A stretch of DNA of 61,192 nucleotides, taken from an uncultured Chitinophagales bacterium (GTDB lineage Bacteria; Bacteroidota; Rhodothermia; Balneolales; HLUCCA01). Location: the NCBI GenBank assembly GCA_964412365.1, contig CAYPOI010000005.1:1-61192 (forward strand), written 5' to 3'. Under the pieces are notes generated by a model. That model made no database searches and was not told the DNA's origin. It saw nothing but the letters and a program-made list of their open reading frames with translations. Position 1 is the stretch's first letter. Each line of letters begins with the position of its first letter. Both the position numbers and the translations under genes were made by a program. Positions 27,112 to 36,613 of the stretch are shown here, piece by piece.

Positions 27112-27148
27112 CGCCCAATATACCGCAGTAAATCCGTATCATCGGAAC

Positions 27149-28537
27149 GTGAAATTCATCCCCGTCATACTCCTGCTGCTGACCTCGTGCATCCCTGCCA
27201 ACGATGGAACCTTCACCGGTCGAGTACGCTCAAGCGATGCCCAGAACCTGGCAATCATCCGTCCAGGCATTCATTATAAATACGCACCTGGCGACACCAC
27301 CTGGCTGCAAACCGACCAGAATGGACGATTCCGATTCTCTACCCCATTGCAAGCCAACACCCGTTTCGAACTCGTGTTGGGCGGAAGGAAGTTGCCCATC
27401 ATTCTATCCCCCGGAAAATCCTTGGATTTTGATGCGGTTGACCAGTCATTCTCGGGATGGTTCGGCGACCTGCACAATCAATATCTCGATCTGATGGAGC
27501 AGGATGCGCAATTGATGGAACGGATCCGAGCTGAACGCGAGAATTTCGTGGCGGGCAACATCACCCCGACGCTCGACTTTTATCAGTTTCGGATGCGGAT
27601 GGCCACCGAAGTCTTCGGCGACACGCCCATGCGTTCCGTGGTGCACCGGATGTCGGGCGAATACATCATCAAGCAATTGGATGCCCTTCGGTTCGCGCCC
27701 GAATCCATTAACCGGGATCAGATTTTGCAGGATGCGGTGGCGCATGGATTCTTCACCTATGAATCGTTTGTGGCGCAACGTGCCGGGATTCGGGATTTCA
27801 CGGACGCGTGGATCAAATCCTTTCCGGGTCGGGATTTGACCTTGACGGAAGCCGATTGGAAACGCAACCAAGCCCCGCAGCTTGATTCGCTTCGCAACCT
27901 CGTCACTCGCCACATCAGCGACCGCCGCGCCCGAGCCCACGCCGCGATGTTCCTTCTTGCCGAACGCCTCACCGAAGCCCCCTTCCCCTATGCCGAGGCT
28001 TCCTACCACGATTACATCGACCGCTATTCCGATTATCCCGAAAACATCGCTTTTTTGCGCACGCTGTATGAGGATCTGAAACAGGTCCAGCCCCCGAATC
28101 CTGCGATTCCGTTCGAACTGCCGGACCCATACGGTGCCATGGTGAGCTTGGAGGATGTGAAAGGCACGTTCGTCCTGCTGGATTTCTGGGCGTCGTGGTG
28201 CGCGCCGTGCCTGGCTGAATTTCCGCATATGAAACGCCTTCACGCTGAATACAGCCGCAAGGATGTGATATTCATCAGTATTTCGACTGAAGAAGATGAG
28301 CAGATCTGGCGCGATTACCTGGCGGCGGATCCCCATCCCTGGATCCAAGTCTATGCCGGTGGCGGCTTCCTGCATCCGCTGTTTCAGGCCTACAAGGGCG
28401 GTGGCATTCCGTTTTATGTGCTGCTCGACCGCAATGGAAACATCTACCGGTACAATGATTTCAGGCCCTCATCCAACCTGAAAGAGATTCTCGACGCCGC
28501 GCTCACCGCCGAATTCCCGGCGCGATCTATCCCGTAA
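27149..28537 (+). CDS. TlpA/redoxin-family thiol:disulfide oxidoreductase lipoprotein with a large N-terminal domain
   Basis: The C-terminal thioredoxin fold has FVLLDFWASWCAPCLAEFPHM and GGIPFYVLLDRNG. The start is uncertain. GTG 27149 gives an ideal lipoprotein signal (M)KFIPVILLLLTSC. ATG 27092 would overlap the divergent tsaB start. Confidence 0.8.
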   Translation: MKFIPVILLLLTSCIPANDGTFTGRVRSSDAQNLAIIRPGIHYKYAPGDTTWLQTDQNGRFRFSTPLQANTRFELVLGGRKLPIILSPGKSLDFDAVDQSFSGWFGDLHNQYLDLMEQDAQLMERIRAERENFVAGNITPTLDFYQFRMRMATEVFGDTPMRSVVHRMSGEYIIKQLDALRFAPESINRDQILQDAVAHGFFTYESFVAQRAGIRDFTDAWIKSFPGRDLTLTEADWKRNQAPQLDSLRNLVTRHISDRRARAHAAMFLLAERLTEAPFPYAEASYHDYIDRYSDYPENIAFLRTLYEDLKQVQPPNPAIPFELPDPYGAMVSLEDVKGTFVLLDFWASWCAPCLAEFPHMKRLHAEYSRKDVIFISISTEEDEQIWRDYLAADPHPWIQVYAGGGFLHPLFQAYKGGGIPFYVLLDRNGNIYRYNDFRPSSNLKEILDAALTAEFPARSIP

Positions 28538-29816
28538 CGACCAGCATTCCTTTGTTGTAGATGGCATGAGCCCGGCCATGCATCTCGCGACCGATATATG
28601 GCGAATTGGATGATTTCGAGCGGATGTCGGATTTGGCGAAGGTCCAGCGGCTGTCCACATCGAACATAGTCAGATTCGCCACGGCACCGACTTTGATTTC
28701 CGGAACCGGAAGCGACAAGATGCGACGCGGCGCCCCTACCACTTTATCGAGCAACTCGTCCAAGCTGAGGATCTTCGTGCTCAGAAGTCTGCGTACGGAC
28801 ACGCCCCATGCCGTCTCCAGCCCGATGATGCCATTCGGCGCGTAGATGAATTCCACTTCCTTCTCATCGATGCTGTGTGGCGCATGATCCGTGCAGATCG
28901 CATCGATCGTTCCATCGCGGAGTCCTTCGATCATCGCATCCACATCGTCCTGCGTGCGAAGCGGCGGATGCATCTTATAATTGGTATCGAACGGATGGCG
29001 TTCAATTTCTTCGTCCGTCAGATCGAAGTGATGCGGACATACTTCGGTCGTCACGTGAATGCCTCTCGCTTTTCCTTGACGAACCAGATCCACCGCACCA
29101 CGGGTTGAAATATGAGCGACATGGATGTGTCCACCTGTCAATTCCGCCAACAAAATATCACGAGCCACCATCACATCTTCGGCGATGGATGGGGTACCAG
29201 CCAAACCCAGCCTAGAAGAAACCTTGCCCTCGTGCATATGTCCAGGGCGCGACAATGCCAGGTCTTCCATATGATTGATGATCGGCATCTTCAGCATGGA
29301 CGCGTAATCCAGCGCGATGCGCATCAATTTGCTGTTGTGCACCGGATCACCATCGTCCGAAAACGCGACAGCGCCACCTTCTTTCATGTCCGCCATCTCG
29401 GCGATGCTCTCCCCTTTGCGATCTTTCGAGACACATCCGATCGGATAGACATCCACCGCCACGGATTCCGCTTTTTTGCGGATGTACTCGACCACATCAC
29501 GGGTATGGATCGGCGGTTTCGTGTTCGGCATGCAGGCCACAGCGGTGAATCCGCCAGCGGCGGCGGCGGCACTTCCGGTTGCGATCGTTTCCTTGTGCTC
29601 GAAGCCGGGTTCGCGAAGATGCACGTGCATGTCCATCCATCCGCCAGAAACAAGAGCGTTTTTCGCATCATGAATCGGGACACCGTCTGCGGACAATCCC
29701 GCCCCGATCTCGGCAATCACCCCATTCCGGATGAGGATATCGACGGTGGTTTTGGCATTGTGTCCGGCACCGGCGGGGCGAACATTTTGAATGAGGAGGG
29801 ATGATGTAGGCTGCAT
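28527..29816 (-). CDS. pyrC: dihydroorotase
   Basis: It has DMHVHLREPG, the metal ligands HVAHIS and CTDHAPH, and a 429-aa amidohydrolase fold. Confidence 0.9.
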   Translation of the reverse strand: MQPTSSLLIQNVRPAGAGHNAKTTVDILIRNGVIAEIGAGLSADGVPIHDAKNALVSGGWMDMHVHLREPGFEHKETIATGSAAAAAGGFTAVACMPNTKPPIHTRDVVEYIRKKAESVAVDVYPIGCVSKDRKGESIAEMADMKEGGAVAFSDDGDPVHNSKLMRIALDYASMLKMPIINHMEDLALSRPGHMHEGKVSSRLGLAGTPSIAEDVMVARDILLAELTGGHIHVAHISTRGAVDLVRQGKARGIHVTTEVCPHHFDLTDEEIERHPFDTNYKMHPPLRTQDDVDAMIEGLRDGTIDAICTDHAPHSIDEKEVEFIYAPNGIIGLETAWGVSVRRLLSTKILSLDELLDKVVGAPRRILSLPVPEIKVGAVANLTMFDVDSRWTFAKSDIRSKSSNSPYIGREMHGRAHAIYNKGMLVVTG

Positions 29817-29830
29817 CTTTCAAGATAAGG

Positions 29831-29858
29831 TTGAATTTTAAATGTTGAATTTTAAATG
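29831..29858. repeat. perfect 14-nt tandem duplication (TTGAATTTTAAATG)x2
   Basis: This was read directly from the sequence. It lies in the pyrC/xseA divergent spacer. Confidence 0.95.
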
Positions 29859-29875
29859 AAGAGGGGGATGTTAAC

Positions 29876-29903
29876 TGATTCCTGATTCCTGATTCCTGAT
29901 TCC
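29876..29903. repeat. heptamer tandem repeat (TGATTCC)x4
   Basis: This was read directly from the sequence. There are four perfect copies. Confidence 0.95.
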
Positions 29904-29923
29904 CGCTCACCGATTTCTTATTT

Positions 29924-29951
29924 CAACCTTCAACATTCAACCTTCAACATT
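29924..29951. repeat. perfect 14-nt tandem duplication (CAACCTTCAACATT)x2
   Basis: This was read directly from the sequence. Its reverse complement (AATGTTGAAGGTTG) shares the GTTGAA core with the 29831-29858 repeat, giving a loose inverted arrangement around the heptamers. Confidence 0.9.
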
Positions 29952-29961
29952 ATCTTCAGGC

Positions 29962-31200
29962 ATGTCCCAACTCACCGTTTCCGAACTCACATTCGACATC
30001 AAAGACCTGCTGGAAAGCAGTTTTAATGGAGTGAGTGTCTCCGGCGAGGTATCTCAACCCACTTTGGCGAGCTCCGGACACCTGTATTTCACGTTGAAAG
30101 ACGCCCACGCGCAGATTTCTTGCGTGGCATGGCGCGGAACGGTGCAGCGCCTGAAATTGGCCGTGACGCACGGACAACAGCTGATTCTGGAAGGCGATAT
30201 TCAAGTCTATGCCCCTCGTGGAAATTACCAGTTGATCGTGAACGGCGTGAAGCAGGCCGGCATCGGCGCGCTTCAGGAAGCCTATGAAAAGCTGAAGAAG
30301 AAACTGCAGGATGAGGGCTTGTTCGACTCCTCGCGGAAAAAACCATTACCCGTGTTTCCGATGGCGATCGGTGTGGTGACCTCCGAGACTGGTGCGGCGT
30401 TTCAGGACATCCGCTCCACTCTCGAGCGGCGTTGGCCGATGGCTGTGCTCAAATTGTATCATGCCGCGGTGCAAGGCGCGGGGGCTGCGCCCGAGATCGT
30501 GGCTGGGATTGAGCGGTTTACGCGTCGGGGGGATGTCGACGTGTTGATTGTGGGGCGCGGCGGGGGATCGCTCGAAGACCTGTGGCCTTTCAATGAAGAA
30601 GCTGTGGCACGGGCGATTGCGGCCTGTCCGATTCCCGTGATTTCGGCCGTGGGACATGAGACCGATTTCAGCATCAGTGATTTTGTGGCGGATGTCCGCG
30701 CGGCGACGCCCACGCAATCGATCGTGTTGGCGACCCCGGATGTCCGCGATCTTCGCCTAGGGGTGGATGACCGGGCCAAGGCTGTGGAACGAAGCCTGAG
30801 GGAGCGGATGCGGCAGAAACGGGAAACTGTGAATCGGCTATCCGCTTCGCACGGACTCTTGGCGCTTCGCGACAAGATCCAGATCCAGCGCGCCCGGTTC
30901 GAACGAGCACCTGAGCGCATGCGGATGCTGCTCGAATCGCTGTATGTGCGCCGCCGAAAAGATGTGGAGAACTTGGACATCACCGCCTACACCCTCCTCT
31001 CGCGCCGACTCCAATCCGCCAAAGACAAGCATCTTTCCATGCATCATCGTCTCGAAACCCTGAATCCGGAAACGCCACTGGCCCTAGGGTATGTTCGGGT
31101 GATGCAGGATGGGCGTTGGGTTCGGACTGTGGCCAACTTCCAGCCGAAACATCCTACCGAGTTAATTTGGAAGGATGGGAAATCGGAAATTGGTGTATAG
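29962..31200 (+). CDS. xseA: exodeoxyribonuclease VII large subunit
   Basis: It has an N-terminal OB fold (VSELTFDIKDLLE...VSGEVSQP...SGHLYFTLKD) and a catalytic core (IGVVTSETGAAFQDI, RGGGSLEDLWPFNEE, ISAVGHETD). Confidence 0.92.
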   Translation: MSQLTVSELTFDIKDLLESSFNGVSVSGEVSQPTLASSGHLYFTLKDAHAQISCVAWRGTVQRLKLAVTHGQQLILEGDIQVYAPRGNYQLIVNGVKQAGIGALQEAYEKLKKKLQDEGLFDSSRKKPLPVFPMAIGVVTSETGAAFQDIRSTLERRWPMAVLKLYHAAVQGAGAAPEIVAGIERFTRRGDVDVLIVGRGGGSLEDLWPFNEEAVARAIAACPIPVISAVGHETDFSISDFVADVRAATPTQSIVLATPDVRDLRLGVDDRAKAVERSLRERMRQKRETVNRLSASHGLLALRDKIQIQRARFERAPERMRMLLESLYVRRRKDVENLDITAYTLLSRRLQSAKDKHLSMHHRLETLNPETPLALGYVRVMQDGRWVRTVANFQPKHPTELIWKDGKSEIGV

Positions 31201-31286
31201 TGTATGGTGTATGGTTGACTAATATCCGTAATTACCACTCCTCGCACAATTCACAATACACCATAAACCATACACAATACACCATT
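31192..31286. repeat. imperfect inverted repeat made of heptamer arrays, (GTGTATR)x3 versus (CAYMATA)x5
   Basis: The left arm is GGTGTATAGTGTATGGTGTATGGTT (31192-31216) and overlaps the xseA stop. It matches the reverse complement of part of the right arm (31252-31286) at about 22/25 positions. Confidence 0.85.
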
Positions 31287-32459
31287 TTGATCAACTCCCT
31301 CGCCCAGCGCCTCCAGCCTTATTATTCGAAGTTCGATGTCGCGAACCGATTGCTGTTCACGGGCCATTCCCACACGGCTTGGCCGGATGTTGCCGAAGAC
31401 GGATTGAATGATTATTTCCGGGTATCGGCGACGAAGGTGGACGACAAATGGGCTCCGGCGTATGAGCGGGTCGATGTGCTTCGCAACTACTTGCGTCGGT
31501 TTTATTCGGATCCCGACGGACAGTATTCCCTCGCCGCGAACACCCATGACCTGTTGGTGAAATGGATCTCCGCGCTCGATCTGAAGAAGAAGCGGAAGAT
31601 CATCACCACAGATGGGGAGTTTTACAGCTTGTATCGTCAACTCACCCGTTTGGGCGAAGAAGGCGTTGAGATCGTCTGGGTCCCGGCTTTGCCTTTGGAG
31701 GGATTCGCCGAGCGCCTGCGCCCGCATCTCGACAATAACACCGCGGCTGTGATGCTATCGCGTATCTATTTCGAGACGAGCCTCATCAATTCCGACCTCC
31801 AAGAAGTCAATCGCGAGTGCCGGAAACACGGAATACCATTGATGGTGGATGATTACCACGGAACGAATGTCGTGCCATGGAATCTGAAGGAAACGGACAT
31901 GGAAGATGTGTTCATCCTCATCGGCGGATACAAGTATTTGCAATGGGGCGAAGGGAACTGCTTTTTGAGGTATCCGAAGGGCTGCGAGATGCGTCCCGCC
32001 ATCACCGGATGGTTTGCCGCGTTTTCCACCTTGAAACAGCCAAGGTCCAAAACCGTGCTGTATGATGCGGACGACGCGTTGTTCATGGGCGCCACGTTCG
32101 ATTCGGTGTCGCAATTCCGGGCGGCGCGGGTGGCGGAATTTTTTACGGAACAAGGACTCACATCGGAGGTGCTTCGGGCCCAATACTCAGCCCAAGTTTC
32201 CTATCTGCGAGACGCCTTCTTGAACAGCGGAATCAAGCCATCGGACATGCGCTTGAAGCACACCTATCCCATCGAACAAAACGGCGGTTTCCTAGCGTTG
32301 GAGAGCGATAAAGCCCTGTTTGTCTGGGACGAATTGAAGAAGCGGGATGTGTACACAGACTGCAGGGGAACGACCTTGAGATTGGGTCCGGCGCCCTACA
32401 CCACCACAGCCCAAATGGACGCCATGATCGGAGAACTTGTCCGGATTCTGTGCACATGA
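31287..32459 (+). CDS. class V-fold PLP-dependent enzyme, kynureninase-like
   Basis: It has LIGGYKYLQWGEGNCFL, a YKYL-type PLP-lysine motif as in kynureninases. There is no in-frame ATG downstream of the xseA stop. The start is tentatively TTG 31287 (ATT 31284 is possible). Confidence 0.6.
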   Translation: MINSLAQRLQPYYSKFDVANRLLFTGHSHTAWPDVAEDGLNDYFRVSATKVDDKWAPAYERVDVLRNYLRRFYSDPDGQYSLAANTHDLLVKWISALDLKKKRKIITTDGEFYSLYRQLTRLGEEGVEIVWVPALPLEGFAERLRPHLDNNTAAVMLSRIYFETSLINSDLQEVNRECRKHGIPLMVDDYHGTNVVPWNLKETDMEDVFILIGGYKYLQWGEGNCFLRYPKGCEMRPAITGWFAAFSTLKQPRSKTVLYDADDALFMGATFDSVSQFRAARVAEFFTEQGLTSEVLRAQYSAQVSYLRDAFLNSGIKPSDMRLKHTYPIEQNGGFLALESDKALFVWDELKKRDVYTDCRGTTLRLGPAPYTTTAQMDAMIGELVRILCT

Positions 32460-32575
32460 TGTAAGATTTTCGGGAATCCGGCCTCTTATATGTAATTGAT
32501 GTTGATTTGCCCTCTTGCAAATTGAACATATATTGCACATATTATCCCCATCCAATTTCAAAACCAATCTTTTCT

Positions 32576-33616
32576 ATGGCAAACGCACCTTCTGACCGAC
32601 TCAAAGCCCTCGACCTGGCCGTTGGCCAACTCGAAAAACAGTATGGCAAAGGCACGATCATGCGCTTGGGCGACAACCCCATCGTGGCGATCGATTCCAT
32701 CTCCACGGGCTCCATCACCATCGACACCTGTCTCGGTGTGGGGGGAATACCGTGCGGACGCATCACCGAGATTTATGGTCCGGAATCCAGCGGTAAAACG
32801 ACCCTGGCGCTGCATGTGATCGCTGAAGCTCAAAAGAAAGGTGGTTTGGCCGCCTTCATCGATGCGGAACATGCTTTTGATGCCAAGTATGCCAAGAATT
32901 TGGGAATCAAGACCGATGAATTGCTGATCTCCCAGCCTGACAGTGGCGAACAAGCCTTGGAAATCGCTGAAGCTCTGATCCGTTCCGGTGGGTTGGATGT
33001 CCTTGTGATCGACTCCGTGGCCGCACTGGTGCCACGCGCCGAATTGGAGGGCGAAATGGGCGATTCGCACATGGGTCTGCAAGCCCGTTTGATGTCGCAA
33101 GCGCTTCGCAAACTCACAGGTATTGTAAGCAAGACGCATACGGCTGTGATTTTCATCAACCAGATCCGTGACAAGATCGGCGTGATGTTCGGCAACCCGG
33201 AAACGACGACCGGTGGACGTGCCCTGAAATTCTATTCGTCCGTTCGGATTGACATCCGTCGCATCGGCGCCTTGAAAAAAGGTGATGAAGTGATTGGAAA
33301 CCGCACGAAAATCAAAGTCGTGAAAAACAAAGTGGCTCCACCATTCAAGGAAGCAGAATTCAACATCCTGTATGGCAAAGGGATTTCGCGGATCGCGGAG
33401 ATCCTGGACTTGGCCGTGGAGATGGAGATCATCGAGAAACGCGGAAGCTGGTTCCGTTATGAAGGCGAGCCGATTGGTCAAGGAAGCGATGCCGCGATGC
33501 AATTCATCGAAGAAGACAAGGCGCTCATGGCCAAACTCGAAGCCCAGATCCGTGCGAATCTGAATCCGGATGCCGTGCTGGTGAAATCGAGCAATGGCGT
33601 CGCCGTCGAAGACTAG
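32576..33616 (+). CDS. recA: recombinase RecA
   Basis: I take the start at ATG 32576 ([32 protein letters not shown]). Walker A is GPESSGKTT. It also has [20 protein letters not shown] and [27 protein letters not shown]. Confidence 0.97.
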   Translation: MANAPSDRLKALDLAVGQLEKQYGKGTIMRLGDNPIVAIDSISTGSITIDTCLGVGGIPCGRITEIYGPESSGKTTLALHVIAEAQKKGGLAAFIDAEHAFDAKYAKNLGIKTDELLISQPDSGEQALEIAEALIRSGGLDVLVIDSVAALVPRAELEGEMGDSHMGLQARLMSQALRKLTGIVSKTHTAVIFINQIRDKIGVMFGNPETTTGGRALKFYSSVRIDIRRIGALKKGDEVIGNRTKIKVVKNKVAPPFKEAEFNILYGKGISRIAEILDLAVEMEIIEKRGSWFRYEGEPIGQGSDAAMQFIEEDKALMAKLEAQIRANLNPDAVLVKSSNGVAVED

Positions 33617-34088
33617 CCCATCCGAACCATCCCTACGCGATCGGCTTCTTGGTAAGCTCTCGCGTAGGGAGCATTCGGTGTATGAACTGCGTCAGTTCGC
33701 CAAACAGAAAGGATATCCGATTGATGAGATCACGCCAATCCTGGATGAATTCATCGAACTAAGTTGGGTTGACGACCAACGTTTTGCGGACGCGTTCTGC
33801 CGCCACCGGCTGTCGATTTCACGCTGGGCTCCCGCCCGCATCGTTCAAGGTCTCTTGGCCAAAGGTGTCGCCAAAGACATCGCGCAGAAAACCGTCCGCG
33901 CCCATACCCCCGAAGACCTCACTGATTCCATGAAATCGGTGCTTCGCAAAAAAACCGCCGCTTTCTTGAGAGAATCCGATCTTCGCAAGAGAAAGAAGAA
34001 AATCGTTGATTACCTTCTGAGAAAGGGATATGCTCCCGGAGATGTGTACGATTCAGCCGATTCCCTACTCAACAGTTTGACGGAATGA
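33594..34088 (+). CDS. recX: regulatory protein RecX
   Basis: It lies immediately after recA, overlapping it by 23 nt. The repeat-helical RecX pattern includes [20 protein letters not shown] and [13 protein letters not shown]. Confidence 0.8.
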   Translation: MASPSKTSPSEPSLRDRLLGKLSRREHSVYELRQFAKQKGYPIDEITPILDEFIELSWVDDQRFADAFCRHRLSISRWAPARIVQGLLAKGVAKDIAQKTVRAHTPEDLTDSMKSVLRKKTAAFLRESDLRKRKKKIVDYLLRKGYAPGDVYDSADSLLNSLTE

Positions 34089-35149
34089 AGAAAAAAATCA
34101 CGTTCGATCGGGTGTTCAGATGGTCCATGCTCATCGTGGTCTTGCTCGGGTTGTTGTATTTGGTGCAACGATTTGCCGGCTTGGTCACTTTTTTCATGAT
34201 TTCTCTGATTTTCGCCTACATCCTCAGTCCGTTGGTCAATCGGCTTGAGTCACGGGGAATGTCGAGATTATGGAGCGTGACCGTCGTCGTGGCCATCCTC
34301 ATTGGCGGACTCACATGGGTGTTCACATCCTTTGTTCCGATGATAGGAAGTCAGTTCATGTCGTTCACATCCACATTCAACTTGGACACGGTACGGCTCA
34401 TCGTCCGTCAATTGACCGATGCCTTTTTCCCCTCCATGAACATCCTGAATGCCGATACCTTCGAAGCGAATCTCATCGACCTGGTGGATGATTACTTTCT
34501 GCTGGGTAGTTTCTCCGACATGATTACGAGCGTGGTCGGCATTTTTACGAATGTATTCACAGCCCTGTTGATCATACCCGTGGCCACGTTTTTCTTATTG
34601 AAGGATGGGTTTCTCATGCGTCGCCGGTTGCTCAAAGTGGTGCCGAACGCCTACTTCGAAACCACGTTGGTGATCATCGATAAAATCGAGTCGCGTCTGA
34701 TTCTGTATTTCAGCAGCGTGTTGTTGCAATCCAGCATTGTCGGTGTGTTGTCGTATGTCTTTTTGAGTATTGTCGGCCTGGAAAGCGCCTTGCTCGTGGC
34801 TGTCGCCATCGGATTGGCCAATTCCATTCCGTATTTCGGTCCGATCATCGGGTATTTGCTGTCGATGGTGATGTCGATTTATGAAGTGGGGAATGTGTCG
34901 TTGGTACCGTCTACATTGTTCGCAATCCTGCTGGTCCAGATGATTGATAACGCGGTCCTTCAGCCCCTCATCTTTTCCAAATCCGCGGATCTCCATCCAG
35001 TCTACATCCTGTTTGTGGTGTTGATCGGTGCTGAAATCAGTGGCGTGATCGGGATGTTGCTCGCGATTCCTGTCGTGACGGTCATCCGGATCACCGTAAC
35101 AGAGATTCGTTGGAGCTTTCAACAGTATCATGTCTTCAAACTTGAATAG
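34085..35149 (+). CDS. AI-2E family transporter (PerM/YhhT-like permease)
   Basis: It is a polytopic membrane protein of 354 aa with the family motif IPYFGPIIG and LHPVYILFVVLIGAEISGVIGMLLAIP. Confidence 0.8.
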   Translation: MKKKITFDRVFRWSMLIVVLLGLLYLVQRFAGLVTFFMISLIFAYILSPLVNRLESRGMSRLWSVTVVVAILIGGLTWVFTSFVPMIGSQFMSFTSTFNLDTVRLIVRQLTDAFFPSMNILNADTFEANLIDLVDDYFLLGSFSDMITSVVGIFTNVFTALLIIPVATFFLLKDGFLMRRRLLKVVPNAYFETTLVIIDKIESRLILYFSSVLLQSSIVGVLSYVFLSIVGLESALLVAVAIGLANSIPYFGPIIGYLLSMVMSIYEVGNVSLVPSTLFAILLVQMIDNAVLQPLIFSKSADLHPVYILFVVLIGAEISGVIGMLLAIPVVTVIRITVTEIRWSFQQYHVFKLE

Positions 35150-36068
35150 AATCCTTCCCAACCGGTTACCGAAAGGTGGCACAATCGGTATCACTGCGCC
35201 ATCATCCACTCCCGATCCGGAGAAGCTGAACAAGGGCGTCCGTTATTTGGAGTCGCTCGGGTATCGGGTGATTGTCGGAACCACCTGCCATAGCACGCAG
35301 CATTATTTGGCTGGAAGTGATGAGATGAGAGCCAATGAGCTGATGCAGTTCTTTTCGGATCCCAAAGTGGATGCCATTTTCTGTGCACGAGGCGGATACG
35401 GATCGATGCACACCCTCGCATCGCTCGATTTCAACCTCATCGCTCATAATCGAAAATTGTTTGTCGGGTTCAGCGACATCACCGCCCTGCAGTGGTCGTT
35501 CTGGAAGCATGCGGGTCTCGTCACCATTTCCGCTGGAATGCCGGCCACCGATATGGCGCATGACGTCCTCGATCCCCAATTCGAATCGCTGTTCTGGAGC
35601 CTCATCGAATCCGGCAACCTTGCCCTGCCACTCCCCTACTCGCAAGACCACTCCCAGACCATCCACGGATTCTCGCTTCCCGGGACAGCTAGCGTGGCGT
35701 CCAAACTCTTCGGAACCCCGCATATGCCGGACCTGAACGGGTCCATTCTCATCCTCGAAGACGTGGATGAGCCCCGTCACAAGATCGAAGGCTACTTGCG
35801 ACAGTTTCAGATGGCGGGCGCCTTCCGCGACGCCCATGCCGTGATCCTAGGCGATTTTACCCCATCCAAAACCGAATCCTATCCGCTGGTGCCCGATCTG
35901 AAAACCGTTTTCGATCGTGTGACGGCCGATAGCCGAGGACCTGTGATTCGCGACGTGGCGTATGGGCACATCCGTCCGAAAATCTGTGTTCCCGTGGGAG
36001 CTGCCATAACCGTATCTTTGGGTCCGGTATCGCAACTCTCCACTACGGGTTCCATTTTTTCCTCTTGA
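35130..36068 (+). CDS. LD-carboxypeptidase (peptidase S66)
   Basis: It has GTIGITAPSS, ARGGYGS and the nucleophile motif GFSDITAL. A Glu/His region lies near the C-terminus (ILEDVDE...AYGHI). Confidence 0.82.
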   Translation: MSSNLNRILPNRLPKGGTIGITAPSSTPDPEKLNKGVRYLESLGYRVIVGTTCHSTQHYLAGSDEMRANELMQFFSDPKVDAIFCARGGYGSMHTLASLDFNLIAHNRKLFVGFSDITALQWSFWKHAGLVTISAGMPATDMAHDVLDPQFESLFWSLIESGNLALPLPYSQDHSQTIHGFSLPGTASVASKLFGTPHMPDLNGSILILEDVDEPRHKIEGYLRQFQMAGAFRDAHAVILGDFTPSKTESYPLVPDLKTVFDRVTADSRGPVIRDVAYGHIRPKICVPVGAAITVSLGPVSQLSTTGSIFSS

Positions 36069-36613
36069 TTCCACGAATCGCTGTTTTCGCATCCGGATCG
36101 GGCTCCAATTTCCAAGCCATTCTCGACGCCATCGCATCGGGTCGACTCGACGCCTCCGTCTGCGCCCTGATCGCCTCTAAACCTGGCATCGGTGCGATCC
36201 AAAAAGCTGAAACGAACCACATCCCTGTGTTCATCCAAGATGCGGATCTAGCTATCGAATCCACGAAACCGGATCTCCTTGTCTTGGCGGGATATCTCAA
36301 GCCGATTCCATCCCACATCATCAATCGGTTTCCGAATCGGATTCTGAACATCCATCCCGCATTGCTTCCCAAATTCGGGGGCAAGGGTATGTATGGTCGG
36401 CATGTGCATGAAGCGGTGATCGCGGCGGGAGAATCGGAATCGGGTTGCACGGTGCATGTTGTGACCGAACACTACGACGAAGGTCCGATCTTGGCGCAAG
36501 CACGAGTCCCGGTACTGCCAGAAGATTCGGCCGAAACGCTGGCGGCGCGAGTGTTGGCACAAGAACATCTTTTATTTCCATTCATCATTCAACAGGTTCT
36601 TCATGGCGGCTGA
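36065..36613 (+). CDS. purN: phosphoribosylglycinamide formyltransferase
   Basis: It has IAVFASGSGSNFQAILDA, NIHPALLPKFGGKGMYG and GCTVHVVTEHYDEGPIL. The TTG start overlaps the upstream stop. Confidence 0.9.
   Translation: MIPRIAVFASGSGSNFQAILDAIASGRLDASVCALIASKPGIGAIQKAETNHIPVFIQDADLAIESTKPDLLVLAGYLKPIPSHIINRFPNRILNIHPALLPKFGGKGMYGRHVHEAVIAAGESESGCTVHVVTEHYDEGPILAQARVPVLPEDSAETLAARVLAQEHLLFPFIIQQVLHGG

Noticed and set aside
27446-28375. A 309-aa minus-strand ORF
   Set aside because: It is antisense to the TlpA-like thioredoxin gene, whose WCAPC motif fixes the real frame.
29831-29951. Short tandem repeats as a possible CRISPR array (also 31192-31286 and 59542-59679)
   Set aside because: The units are 7-14 nt and directly abutting, with no 25-40-nt spacers. 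There are only 2-5 copies and no cas genes in the window.
32558-33502. A 314-aa minus-strand ORF
   Set aside because: It is antisense to recA, which is unambiguous. There are no motifs, and the composition is the mirror image of the recA codons.
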